The translations under genes were made by a program, and so were the position numbers. DNA of 64,000 nucleotides from Deltaproteobacteria bacterium (lineage in GTDB: Bacteria; Acidobacteriota; Thermoanaerobaculia; Multivoradales; JAHZIX01): NCBI GenBank assembly GCA_022601195.1, contig JAHZIX010000006.1, positions 16,629 to 80,628 of the forward strand, written 5' to 3'. How positions within the stretch are numbered: position 1 is the first letter of the stretch; each line of letters opens with the position of its first letter. The notes beneath the pieces are model-generated. The model was given only the letters and a program-made list of their open reading frames with translations, had not been told where the DNA came from and searched no databases. Shown here one piece after another: positions 42,623 through 52,029 of the stretch.

Positions 42623-43820
42623 GCGTCCAAGCGGAAGTGTCACCGGACTCGAAGCCGTCGGCAAAGAAGGGCGCGACCAAACCCTGGTAAACGAAGACTC
42701 CACCGGGCTCCAGCACCCCAAAACGCGGCGCGCCGGCCAACACCGAATCTCCTCCGATGCACACGGAGGTACCCAGTTCATCTCCCTCGAATCCGTTGAG
42801 GGCCGACAGTCGAGCCACCTGGTCCCAGTCGTCCCCGGAGCGCCAGTAGACATAGGCAGCACCGCGGGCTACATCGACCCGCGCGGGATGGTGAGTGTCC
42901 TCTTTAGGGGCTCCTACGATGAGGGTGTGACCGTCGAGCTCGACACTGCTCCCGAAGCGTGCCCCTGACTGAGTGCCGAAGAGAAGCGTCCTAAGCTGGA
43001 AGAACCCCACAGCGTCGGCTTTGTAGAGGTAGATGGCGCCCATGTCCGTGCCAAATATGGTGTCCTCGAAGGGCGCGCCGACCGCTAACCAATCGCCGGA
43101 AAGGGAAAGGCTGGCGCCAAACCCATTTTCAACCTCTTCTCCTGGCGCCCTGATCGTCCCGAAGTCGAACCAGATTCCAAGGGGGTTGCGAGCTCGCAGG
43201 AAGACCTCACCGGTGAGGCCGTTTCCGAAGTTGGGGTCACTGAAGGCGAGGCGAGAGCCATCGAGGTCCACGCTGGTGCCGAGGCTGGAGAGCGGAAAGG
43301 GATTCTGCTGATGGAAATCCAGGTGCCACTGGGCACCATTCCAGCGGTAGACGTTGATTTCGCGATCGATCACGACCCCGAGGGCCAAGAGGTTGTCGGA
43401 GATGGCCAAGGAGTCTGCAGGACCCAGCGCCGGAAAGAGGACTCCCGGGTCCGACTGAGCCGAGCCATCGGTCCAACCACGCACCTCGGTCCCGGTAGGG
43501 AGTTGGTAGGCGAATTGATGGGAATCAAGAGCGGACACTGAGGCGGAATTGAGAAACTCCAGTCCGAGCCATTGGTTCGAAGATTGGCGAAAAAGCATGT
43601 GGGTCGCCGTGAAAGTACCGGCTGCTGCTCGCCGGCCGTTACAGGAGAGTTTTCGCCCGTAGAGATCCCCGACGATGCCTCCGATAATCGAATGGGTCTC
43701 GACAATTTCAGGGATCTCGCCGGCCTCCAGAGGAGAGGCCAGTGGAAAGGCAAGCGCCTGGATGGGCAAGAGTGCGAGAGCCAGGAGCAGGGCTGTGGAC
43801 GGAGAGATTTTTCTGTTCAC
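42609..43820 (-). CDS. Secreted FG-GAP-repeat (integrin-alpha-like beta-propeller) protein with C-terminal GFESGD..AW tag
   Basis: Signal peptide MNRKISPSTALLLALALLPIQALA. Repeats FGASLSLSGDWLAVGAP, FGSSVELDGHTLIVGAP and GAAYVY. Ends ...FFADGFESGDTSAWTLTVP*. Confidence 0.7.
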   Translation of the reverse strand: MNRKISPSTALLLALALLPIQALAFPLASPLEAGEIPEIVETHSIIGGIVGDLYGRKLSCNGRRAAAGTFTATHMLFRQSSNQWLGLEFLNSASVSALDSHQFAYQLPTGTEVRGWTDGSAQSDPGVLFPALGPADSLAISDNLLALGVVIDREINVYRWNGAQWHLDFHQQNPFPLSSLGTSVDLDGSRLAFSDPNFGNGLTGEVFLRARNPLGIWFDFGTIRAPGEEVENGFGASLSLSGDWLAVGAPFEDTIFGTDMGAIYLYKADAVGFFQLRTLLFGTQSGARFGSSVELDGHTLIVGAPKEDTHHPARVDVARGAAYVYWRSGDDWDQVARLSALNGFEGDELGTSVCIGGDSVLAGAPRFGVLEPGGVFVYQGLVAPFFADGFESGDTSAWTLTVP

Positions 43821-44028
43821 GGGAAGTTCCTTTCGGTAGTGGTGATGGGTCGAGGAAATCGCCCTGCGAAGAAGCTTGAAGGTCGCTGGGTTTCGGTCGA
43901 GGCCACCAGGAGGTGACTTCGGGAGATCTCCAATGCCTTCTTCGCAGGACAGTGAACCTCTCGGTCCCTACCTACCTAGAGGAGAGAGAGCCGTCGTTTG
44001 CTCACCGGCGACCTTCGGTAATCGCCGT

Positions 44029-45528
44029 TCAAGGAAAGCTCGCCGACCAAGCAGCGGCATCCCCGGACTCGAATCCGTCGGAGAAGATCTCGGGACCCGG
44101 CGGGTGGGAGTTGGCCTCGTAGGCGCCGCTGTGGCAGAACAGGCCCAGCCGTTGGGCGCCTCGCTGGTCGGTCGGGGGGCAACTAGTGGAGGCAACGAGA
44201 AGGGTAGTGCCGTCCGCAGAGGGCAGTAGCGCGTGGGTCGGAGTGGGTCCGCCGTACCCGGCGAGGGGACGCAGAAGGGGTTTTGTGGTCGTCACATCGC
44301 TCACGTGATCGAGGCTGCAAAAGGTAGAAGGAGCGCCGCCCATGGGGTGTTCCACATTGAACCCGATGGAAGTGATGCCTCCACCCATGCACTCTCCTTC
44401 GATGATCGAAGAGAAGAGAGTCAAGGTCGAGCCGGTGGCGAGGTCGAGGGATGCGGGCATCCCCGAGCCGTGGGCTTTGATGGTCGAGAACGAGATTCCG
44501 AGGTTCGAATTCTGGGCCGCTAGATCCGTACCGCCGCCAAGGGGTGCAAGAGATTGGTTTGCACTGAGAGTCGTATTGCGCACGAGCAGTTGGCTATTCT
44601 GGATGAAGATGCCTCCTCCCGAAGAGCTGGTGCCGGCTAGCCTTCCAGCAACATTGCTGGCAATGGTGGAGTCGAGAATGAAGAAGGAGCCGCTCCCTAG
44701 AAAGAGACCACCGCCTTGGGAGATGGTCGTGGAGGCGGCCCCAGCGGTGTTGTTTTCGAAGCTCGAGCGCTCGATGGAGATCGGAGTGGATCCGCCGAAA
44801 AACAAACCGCCACCACCGTTGCTTGCTGCGACATTTCCTCGGGCCAAGACTCCATCGAAGGCGACGGTGGAATCAGAAGACTGGATGAAGAACGCCCCCC
44901 CGTTGCCACCACTGTTGCAGTCCGCGAAAGAGACATTTGTGAGGCTCAGGGTGCCCGGGGAGCTTGGCGCCGTCCACTCTAGGCAACCGGAAGAGGCGGC
45001 AGCAGTTCCGCCGATGAAATGGATACTCTCCATGGTGAGGGAGGCGCCATGGAAGAAGCGGAGGGAACCGCCTCGATCGTCCGTGGCGCCGTTGTCGGCA
45101 GATCCTCCAAGGAGAGTCAAGGGCCCTTGGAGGAGGATATCGCCGGCACCGAATCGAACGTCTAGAATTCGGTCCGCAGTGAGTTGTTGAACAATGGGAT
45201 GAGCTCCCGGTTCTGCCTGCACTGTCAGGTCGCCACCACCGGGAGTGAAATCGAGGTCGCCACTGGCAGCGGCGTCCTCGGAGGCACCTTCGAGAGTCAG
45301 CGGATAGAGCCCGTCCGGTAGCACCACTGTGGAGCTATCGGCGCTCTGATTTGCCTTGCGAATGGCTCCCCGCAAAGAACAATCGTTCTCAGTAGAGATA
45401 TCGCACCCATCGGCGCTGATGACGTCATCGAATCGGTCTACCACAAGGATCTCTAGAGCTAGGCAGGGGCTGGCCCGAAGAAGAAGAGCAAGAGCCAAGA
45501 AGGCGGCAGCAGGATGTCTCATATTCAC
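44029..45528 (-). CDS. Secreted right-handed parallel beta-helix repeat protein with C-terminal GFESGD..AW tag
   Basis: Signal peptide. CSLRGAIRKAN motif. Gly/Ser/Asn-rich beta-helix coils (GGGLFFGGS, GGGIFIQNS). Ends ...IFSDGFESGDAAAWSASFP*. Confidence 0.7.
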   Translation of the reverse strand: MNMRHPAAAFLALALLLRASPCLALEILVVDRFDDVISADGCDISTENDCSLRGAIRKANQSADSSTVVLPDGLYPLTLEGASEDAAASGDLDFTPGGGDLTVQAEPGAHPIVQQLTADRILDVRFGAGDILLQGPLTLLGGSADNGATDDRGGSLRFFHGASLTMESIHFIGGTAAASSGCLEWTAPSSPGTLSLTNVSFADCNSGGNGGAFFIQSSDSTVAFDGVLARGNVAASNGGGGLFFGGSTPISIERSSFENNTAGAASTTISQGGGLFLGSGSFFILDSTIASNVAGRLAGTSSSGGGIFIQNSQLLVRNTTLSANQSLAPLGGGTDLAAQNSNLGISFSTIKAHGSGMPASLDLATGSTLTLFSSIIEGECMGGGITSIGFNVEHPMGGAPSTFCSLDHVSDVTTTKPLLRPLAGYGGPTPTHALLPSADGTTLLVASTSCPPTDQRGAQRLGLFCHSGAYEANSHPPGPEIFSDGFESGDAAAWSASFP

Positions 45529-45758
45529 CTCTCTATTGGACGAAGATGACTGGGTAATAGATGTGGCAGCCCAGACCAGATTCCTCGGCTCGCCTCTTGA
45601 TCTCGGCGAACTGGACGCAACAGGCCTGTTCGAGAGCTGCGGGGCCCCTCTGTGTTGAGGCCCTATCTATTTAGAGAAGAGATGAGAGCGGTTTGCTCAC
45701 CCCAGGGAACGGGTGGAGAGCTTCGTCCATCAAGCCATATCGAAGCTGGTGAATTCGG

Positions 45759-47159
45759 TTAGGTGCCGCGAAGGGTGAGGACGATCTTGACCGTGCGTAG
45801 CAGGATGGAAAGGTCGAGCCAGAGGCTCCAATTGGCCAGGTAGGCGAGGTCGAAGCGGAGCTTGTTTTCGGCTGTGGAGTGGTATTCACCGCTGATCTGG
45901 GCCAGCCCCGTCAGGCCCGGAGGCAGCGAAAATCGCTCCGAATAGCCGGGAATTTCATCCAGAAAGCGCTCAACGAAAACTGGGCGTTCAGGCCGAGGAC
46001 CCACCAGGCTCATCTCCCCCTTGAGGACATTGAAAAGCTGGGGCAGCTCGTCGATACGAAAGCGTCGCAGCATCCCTCCCACCGGGGTCAGTCGGGGATC
46101 GTTGGGTTCCGCCAAGACTTCTCCCGTGTGGCGCTCGGCATCCTGCTGCATGGTGCGGAGCTTCCAAAGCTCAAAGGGTTTGCGTCCTGCGCCCAGCCGT
46201 TCTTGGCGAAAGAAGGCCGGCCCGGGAGAGGTGAGTCGGATCACCAGGGCACAGAGGGCGATCAACGGGAGGGTGCCGAGTAGCAGCAGGGACCCGCCGA
46301 CCAGGTCGACGGTGCGCTTGACGGGCCGATTGACTCGCCACTCGCTCTGGCGAACGACCTCGATGAGGGGAAGATCCCGCACCCAGCGGTATCGCATACG
46401 TCCAATGAGGCTCTCGAAGGGTCCGGGCAGCAAGAGGACGCTACCTCGCGTCCGTCCGGTCGCTGTCAGTCCATCCATGAGCCGTGTCTGCCAGCCGTAG
46501 CTATTGGCAGCGAGAATCAGATCATCTATCTGCCCCGCTTGGAGGAGAGCCGGAAGGTCCTCCACCGATCCCAAGCAAGGTCCCAGATCGGCATCCTTGG
46601 GTTGCGGCGTTTCCGCCTCGTCCGGCGCCGGGACGAATCCTGCTACTTCCAGCTCATGCCAGCCGTGGTCGCGGATGGTCCGGGCGAGAGACCGGGCGGC
46701 CGACCCACAACCGACGATGGCGACCCGTCGTGCTTCCTGATGGCGAAGGCGGAGGGCCCAGTGTCGCCACCCTAGAAGCATCAGGTAGTTGAACAGGGCG
46801 AAGAGGAGGAGGATGGATCGGGGAAAAGTACCGTTGGTGAGAAAAAAATATCCCATCAGCAGGAGACCTTGGAGGATGACTGCGGTGCCCAGTCGCCGGG
46901 ACAGATCCCCTCGGGTACCGGGATCCGGAGGGTCATAGAAGCCGAAGAAATAGAGGACCAAGGGTTGCGAAACGGCTACAACCCACCATTCCGTAGCGAA
47001 AAAAGACAGCCGATCGGGAGGCAAGAGACTGAGAGTGAAGGGTAAAGGCAGATGGATGCGGGTCTGGAAAGCGAAGAGGAAGGCGGCCAAGCCAGCTGTC
47101 AGGTCGGCTGCCGCCAACAGCCATCTCCAGCCGCGGTGGTGGGAGGTCATGGGTTTCAT
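45759..47159 (-). CDS. Initiating polyprenyl-phosphate hexose-1-phosphate transferase (WbaP/CpsE/EpsZ family, Bac_transf)
   Basis: N-terminal TM bundle. C-terminal PFELWKLRTMQQDAE...IDELPQLFNVLKGEMSLVGPRP. The start is taken at MKPMTSHH; the ORF extends to 47255. Confidence 0.85.
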   Translation of the reverse strand: MKPMTSHHRGWRWLLAAADLTAGLAAFLFAFQTRIHLPLPFTLSLLPPDRLSFFATEWWVVAVSQPLVLYFFGFYDPPDPGTRGDLSRRLGTAVILQGLLLMGYFFLTNGTFPRSILLLFALFNYLMLLGWRHWALRLRHQEARRVAIVGCGSAARSLARTIRDHGWHELEVAGFVPAPDEAETPQPKDADLGPCLGSVEDLPALLQAGQIDDLILAANSYGWQTRLMDGLTATGRTRGSVLLLPGPFESLIGRMRYRWVRDLPLIEVVRQSEWRVNRPVKRTVDLVGGSLLLLGTLPLIALCALVIRLTSPGPAFFRQERLGAGRKPFELWKLRTMQQDAERHTGEVLAEPNDPRLTPVGGMLRRFRIDELPQLFNVLKGEMSLVGPRPERPVFVERFLDEIPGYSERFSLPPGLTGLAQISGEYHSTAENKLRFDLAYLANWSLWLDLSILLRTVKIVLTLRGT

Positions 47160-47478
47160 GTATCCAGGATTATGTACCAGGAGCCTGTAGTGAAAGTCTC
47201 TTGTTTGCGAGAGCGAGCGATCTTTCGGTGAATCCAGAAGGCAAACCGGAGCCAAACCTGGGGTTCGTCGAGGACCTCGCTGCGCCGGGTCGCGGAGTCG
47301 CTGGAAGAGACCCGCTCGCCGCCAGAGAGAGTCGCACTACAGGCTCCTTGGCCAGGGTTTCCTGCTCGATCGTTCGCCGATGTTCGGCTCCAGAATACTC
47401 CCCTCCGCTACGGGACCTGGGCGGTGAGGGGAATTCCGTTGAGGCTCGCAGACTCTATGTGTAGATTCGGCTATACTC

Positions 47479-48438
47479 TTGCGCCTCATGAAGGTAACCG
47501 AGCACCTGGAAAAAGCCACTCGTCCCTTGATTAGCTTCGAGATCATCCCGCCTCTTCGCGGAGGAGATCTCAAGAGTCTTCTTGGGTTGATCGACGATCT
47601 GATGACTTGCCGACCACCGTTTATCGATATCACCAGCCATGCGGCTGAAGTGGTCTACGACGAGACCCCGTCCGGTATCGAGAGGAAGGTCAAACGCAAG
47701 CGCCCTGGGACCCTCGGTGTCTGTGCTCTGATTCAGAACAAATACAACGTAGATGCTGTGCCTCACATCCTCTGTCGCGGCTTTACCCGGGAAGAAACCG
47801 AGGACTTCCTCATCGAATTGCGTTACCTAGGGATTGAGAACGTTCTCGCGGTTCGTGGGGATGATAGCGGTTACCAAAAACCTCTCCGCGATGGCCGCAG
47901 CGCCAATCACTTCGCTTCGGATCTCGTCGCCCAAGTCGCCGATATGAACGGCGGTAAGTACGTCGAGGCCCACCTACTGGATGCTCAACCATCCGAATTT
48001 TGTATCGGCGTCGGTGGGTACCCGGAGAAGCACTTCGAGGCGCCTAACCTAGAAGCCGATGTTCGGTGGACCAAAGCCAAAGAAGAAGCTGGCGCTGACT
48101 ACATTGTGACGCAGATGTTCTTCGACAATCGGCACTATTTTCGCTACGTCGAGGCCTGCCGTGCCGCAGGGATCACCATTCCGATTATTCCCGGGCTGAA
48201 GATCATTACCAGCAAGAAACAGCTCAGCAGCGTGCCTCGGACCTTCTTCGTAGATCTGCCCACTGCGCTCGCCGATGAGGTGATGGAGGCGAAGAAGGGG
48301 CACGTTGCGGACGTCGGGGTAGAGTGGGCACTCAAGCAAAGCGAGGAATTGCTGAGCAGCGGAGTTCCTTCGGTTCATTTCTATGTCATGGCGAGCTCTA
48401 GGGCCGTTCTACGGGTGGTAAAGAAACTCGATGTCTGA
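47479..48438 (+). CDS. metF: 5,10-methylenetetrahydrofolate reductase
   Basis: ISFEIIPP N-terminal motif, 319 aa. Its 3' end overlaps the metH start by 8 nt. Confidence 0.9.
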   Translation: MRLMKVTEHLEKATRPLISFEIIPPLRGGDLKSLLGLIDDLMTCRPPFIDITSHAAEVVYDETPSGIERKVKRKRPGTLGVCALIQNKYNVDAVPHILCRGFTREETEDFLIELRYLGIENVLAVRGDDSGYQKPLRDGRSANHFASDLVAQVADMNGGKYVEAHLLDAQPSEFCIGVGGYPEKHFEAPNLEADVRWTKAKEEAGADYIVTQMFFDNRHYFRYVEACRAAGITIPIIPGLKIITSKKQLSSVPRTFFVDLPTALADEVMEAKKGHVADVGVEWALKQSEELLSSGVPSVHFYVMASSRAVLRVVKKLDV

Positions 48439-51400
48439 AAATTCCAACGCTTCTGCTGTATCCAATGGACTCTCTGTGGCGAGCCTCGCTGCGGATACGC
48501 CACTCCCCCCTCGGGCCGCGGATCTCGAGAGTCGCCGGGCAGCCTTGCTATCGGCCCTGGAAGAGCGGATCCTGGTGCTCGATGGAGCGACCGGGACAGC
48601 ACTTCAGGATGCCGAGCTGGGCCCGGAGGATTTCGGTGGCCCGGAGCTCGAGGGTTGCAACGAGCTACTCTGCGTCACTCGTCCCGATGTCGTGGACAAA
48701 GTCCATGATCGCTACCTGTCTGCCGGAGCAGATATCGTCGAGACCAATAGTTTCGGCTCGACCCCCTTGGTGTTGGATGAGTATGACCAGGGTTATCGAG
48801 CCTACGAGCTGAACCGAGAGTCAGCCCGGCTAGCGCGAGTCGCCTGCGCTCGGTTCGATGAGCCGGGCCGGCTGCGGTTCGTCTGTGGCTCCATGGGACC
48901 GACGACCAAGGCCATTTCGGTCACCGGCGGAGTGACTTTCGAAGAGTTGATGGATCATTTTCGGATCCAGGCTCTCGGCCTCATGGCAGGGGGCGCGGAC
49001 TATCTTCTCCTGGAGACCTGCCAAGACACCCGCAATGTCAAGGCGGGGCTTCTGGGTATTGAGCAAGCCTTCGAGGAGAGCGGGTGGCGCCTACCGGTAG
49101 CGGTCTCTGCCACCATCGAGACCACCGGAACGATGCTCGCGGGGCAGGATGCCGAGGCCTTGGCGGTCTCCCTTCTCCATTCCGAGCTGCTCTACCTAGG
49201 CCTCAACTGCGCCACCGGTCCCGAGCTCATGGCAGACCACCTTCGGACTCTCTCGGAGCTCTCCCATACGCGCATCGCCTGTGTCCCCAATGCCGGCCTA
49301 CCGGACGAGGACGGCATCTATCAGGAGGGGGCCGAGGATTTTCGGCGGGTTTTCGACCGTTTTTTCGCCTCCGGCTGGTTGAACCTCGTGGGCGGATGTT
49401 GTGGCACCACCTCTGAGCACGTGGAAGCCCTGGCGGACCTGGCCCGTAGTCACCGACCTAGAACCATGTCCGTTCATCAGAAAGCCTTGGTGTCCGGCCT
49501 CGAGGCCGTGGAGCTCACGGACGACAACCGCCCCCTCATGGTGGGGGAGCGCACCAACGTGCTCGGCAGTCGCAAGTTCAAGCGCCTGATCCAAGAAGGC
49601 AAGTTTGAGGAAGCGGCGGAGATCGGCCGGGGGCAAGTCAAGGCCGGGGCTCAGATCATCGACGTTTGCCTACAGGATCCGGACCGAGACGAAATGGAGG
49701 ACGTGGAGCGTTTTCTCGATCAGTTGGTGCGCTTGGTAAAAGTGCCGCTGATGATCGACTCGACAGACGCCGAAGTCATGGAGCGGGCTCTCACCTATTG
49801 CCAAGGCAAGGCGGTACTCAACTCCATCAACTTGGAAGACGGCCTGGAGCGATTCGAGCAGGCCGTACCATTGGCCCGTCGATTCGGTGCTGCGTTGGTC
49901 GTAGGGTTAATCGACGAGCAGGGCATGGCGGTCTCCGTCGAACGCAAGCTTGAGGTCGCTCGCCGTAGCTACCAGATCCTCACCGAAGACTTCGGCCTCC
50001 CTCCCGAGGATATCTGGTGGGATGCCCTGGTGTTCCCTTGCGGCACGGGGGACGAGAATTACATCGGCTCCGGTGGCAGTACCATCGAAGGGGTACGAGC
50101 TCTCAAGAAAGAATTCCCCCTTACGAAGAGCATTTTGGGGGTCTCCAACGTCAGTTTCGGTTTGCCTACTGCCGGTCGAGAGGTCTTGAACTCGGTCTTT
50201 CTTTTTCATGCTACCCGTGCCGGTCTCGACACCGCCATTGTCAACAGCCAAAGGCTAGCTCGGTATGCGGAGGTGCCTCAGGAAGAGCGTGAGCTGTCCG
50301 AGAAGCTTATTTTCCTCGAGCCTGGTGACGTGGCCGGCAGCGAGGGCGCGGTCGAGAAATTTGCCGCTCACTTTCGAGGCCGGAGTGCCCTGCGGGAGGT
50401 GCAGCCGCGCAGTGAGCTGCCTTTGGACGAGCGCATCTCTAGGGCCGTGGTGGAGGGGAGCAAGATCGGTCTGGAGAGCGACCTGGCCCTGGCTCTGGAA
50501 GACGATCGATGGCCGGAGGCTTTGGACATCATCAACGGGCCGTTGATGACCGGTATGAAGGAAGTCGGTCGGCTATTCAACGACAACCAGTTGATCGTTG
50601 CCGAAGTGCTGCAGAGCGCTGAGGTCATGAAAGCCGCGGTTGCTTTTCTGGAACCCCATATGGAGCGGGCTGAGGGGGCCTCCCGAGGCAAGATTCTGCT
50701 CGCTACGGTCAAAGGGGATGTTCACGATATCGGCAAAAATCTCGTCGACATCATCCTTAGCAACAACGGTTTCGAAGTGGTCAATCTGGGCATCAAGGTG
50801 CCCAGTGAGCAGTTGATTCAAGGAGTCCGAGAGCACCAGCCGGATCTGATCGGCTTGTCCGGTTTGTTGGTCAAGAGCGCGCAGCAGATGGTGACCACGG
50901 CGGGTGATTTGAAAGCGGTTGGAATCGACATTCCTCTGTTGGTGGGAGGGGCCGCGCTGACCAGGCGTTTCACCCACAAGAAGATCGCCGCTGCTTACGG
51001 GGGGTTGTGTACCTACGCCAAGGATGCCATGTCGGGCCTTCATCTGGTGGAAAAGATCAACGATACCGAAGCGAGGCCGGCATTGGAGTCAGAGATCGCC
51101 GAGCTGGTGCGGTTGGACACCGAAGCCGCTGCCCAACAAGGTAGCGCCGGTCGTCGTGAGCCCAAGCAGCGGAAGGAGACCGTTTCTCGGGATATGGCCG
51201 CGCCCCAACCCTCCGACCTGGTGCGCCACGTGGTCGACTTGGATCTGGATGAGGTCTGGCCGCTGATCAATCCCCAGATGCTATACGCGAAGCATTTGGG
51301 CCTTCGGGGCTCGGCCGCCAAATTAGCGGCGGCGGGAGATGCCAAATTCCTGAAGCTCAAGGAAGTCATCGACGAGCTACAGAGCTTTGGCCGATCCGGT

Positions 51401-51967
51401 GCCATGTCGTGCCGTGCCGTCTGGCGTTTCTTCCCGGCCCAAACCAAGGGTGATCAGCTCGTCCTTTTGGATCCGGACAGCGGTGATCCGGCAGCCACCT
51501 GGACCTTGGCCCGGCAAACCGGGGGTGGTTTGTGCCTTACCGATTACGTCCTCGAAAACGATCACGTGGCTCTGTTCGTCACCACTGCCGGGCATGGAGT
51601 GCGAGCCCAAGTGGAGGAGTGGAAAGAAGCCGGTGAGTACTTGAAGAGTCACGCCTACGCAGCGATGGCCTTGGAGACCGCAGAGGCAGCAGCGGAGTGG
51701 GTACACAGTCATGTGCGCAAGGCTTGGGGTTTTCCGGACCCTCTGGAGCTGACCCCCAAAGACATCTTTTCCACGCGCTATCGAGGCCGCCGCTATAGTT
51801 TCGGTTACCCAGCCTGCCCAGACCTCGAAGGGCAGCAGGCCCTTTTTCGAGCCCTGGCTCCGGAGGAGGTGGGAGTTCAGCTAACCGAAGGAGACATGAT
51901 GGACCCGGAAGCCTCGGTCTCTGCACTGGTTTTCCATCACCCGGAAGCCAAGTATTTCGGAGTGTGA
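48431..51967 (+). CDS. metH: Cobalamin-dependent methionine synthase
   Basis: 1178 aa. Hcy-binding, pterin-binding and B12-binding (GDVHDIGKNLV, DxHxxG) domains and an AdoMet reactivation domain are present in the canonical order. Confidence 0.95.
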   Translation: MSENSNASAVSNGLSVASLAADTPLPPRAADLESRRAALLSALEERILVLDGATGTALQDAELGPEDFGGPELEGCNELLCVTRPDVVDKVHDRYLSAGADIVETNSFGSTPLVLDEYDQGYRAYELNRESARLARVACARFDEPGRLRFVCGSMGPTTKAISVTGGVTFEELMDHFRIQALGLMAGGADYLLLETCQDTRNVKAGLLGIEQAFEESGWRLPVAVSATIETTGTMLAGQDAEALAVSLLHSELLYLGLNCATGPELMADHLRTLSELSHTRIACVPNAGLPDEDGIYQEGAEDFRRVFDRFFASGWLNLVGGCCGTTSEHVEALADLARSHRPRTMSVHQKALVSGLEAVELTDDNRPLMVGERTNVLGSRKFKRLIQEGKFEEAAEIGRGQVKAGAQIIDVCLQDPDRDEMEDVERFLDQLVRLVKVPLMIDSTDAEVMERALTYCQGKAVLNSINLEDGLERFEQAVPLARRFGAALVVGLIDEQGMAVSVERKLEVARRSYQILTEDFGLPPEDIWWDALVFPCGTGDENYIGSGGSTIEGVRALKKEFPLTKSILGVSNVSFGLPTAGREVLNSVFLFHATRAGLDTAIVNSQRLARYAEVPQEERELSEKLIFLEPGDVAGSEGAVEKFAAHFRGRSALREVQPRSELPLDERISRAVVEGSKIGLESDLALALEDDRWPEALDIINGPLMTGMKEVGRLFNDNQLIVAEVLQSAEVMKAAVAFLEPHMERAEGASRGKILLATVKGDVHDIGKNLVDIILSNNGFEVVNLGIKVPSEQLIQGVREHQPDLIGLSGLLVKSAQQMVTTAGDLKAVGIDIPLLVGGAALTRRFTHKKIAAAYGGLCTYAKDAMSGLHLVEKINDTEARPALESEIAELVRLDTEAAAQQGSAGRREPKQRKETVSRDMAAPQPSDLVRHVVDLDLDEVWPLINPQMLYAKHLGLRGSAAKLAAAGDAKFLKLKEVIDELQSFGRSGAMSCRAVWRFFPAQTKGDQLVLLDPDSGDPAATWTLARQTGGGLCLTDYVLENDHVALFVTTAGHGVRAQVEEWKEAGEYLKSHAYAAMALETAEAAAEWVHSHVRKAWGFPDPLELTPKDIFSTRYRGRRYSFGYPACPDLEGQQALFRALAPEEVGVQLTEGDMMDPEASVSALVFHHPEAKYFGV

Positions 51968-52029
51968 GCGGGACTCAAGCCAACTCTGAGCCTCTGGAAC
52001 CTTCCCGGTAGCTCCCGGAACCGTGACGC

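Noticed and set aside
45620-45650. GC hairpin ggggcccctc-tgtgtt-gaggccc between the beta-helix gene start and the WbaP-like gene stop, considered as a terminator
   Set aside because: Orientation is wrong for terminating the minus-strand WbaP-like transcript (no U-tract on that strand). The stem is imperfect. It may just be intergenic secondary structure.
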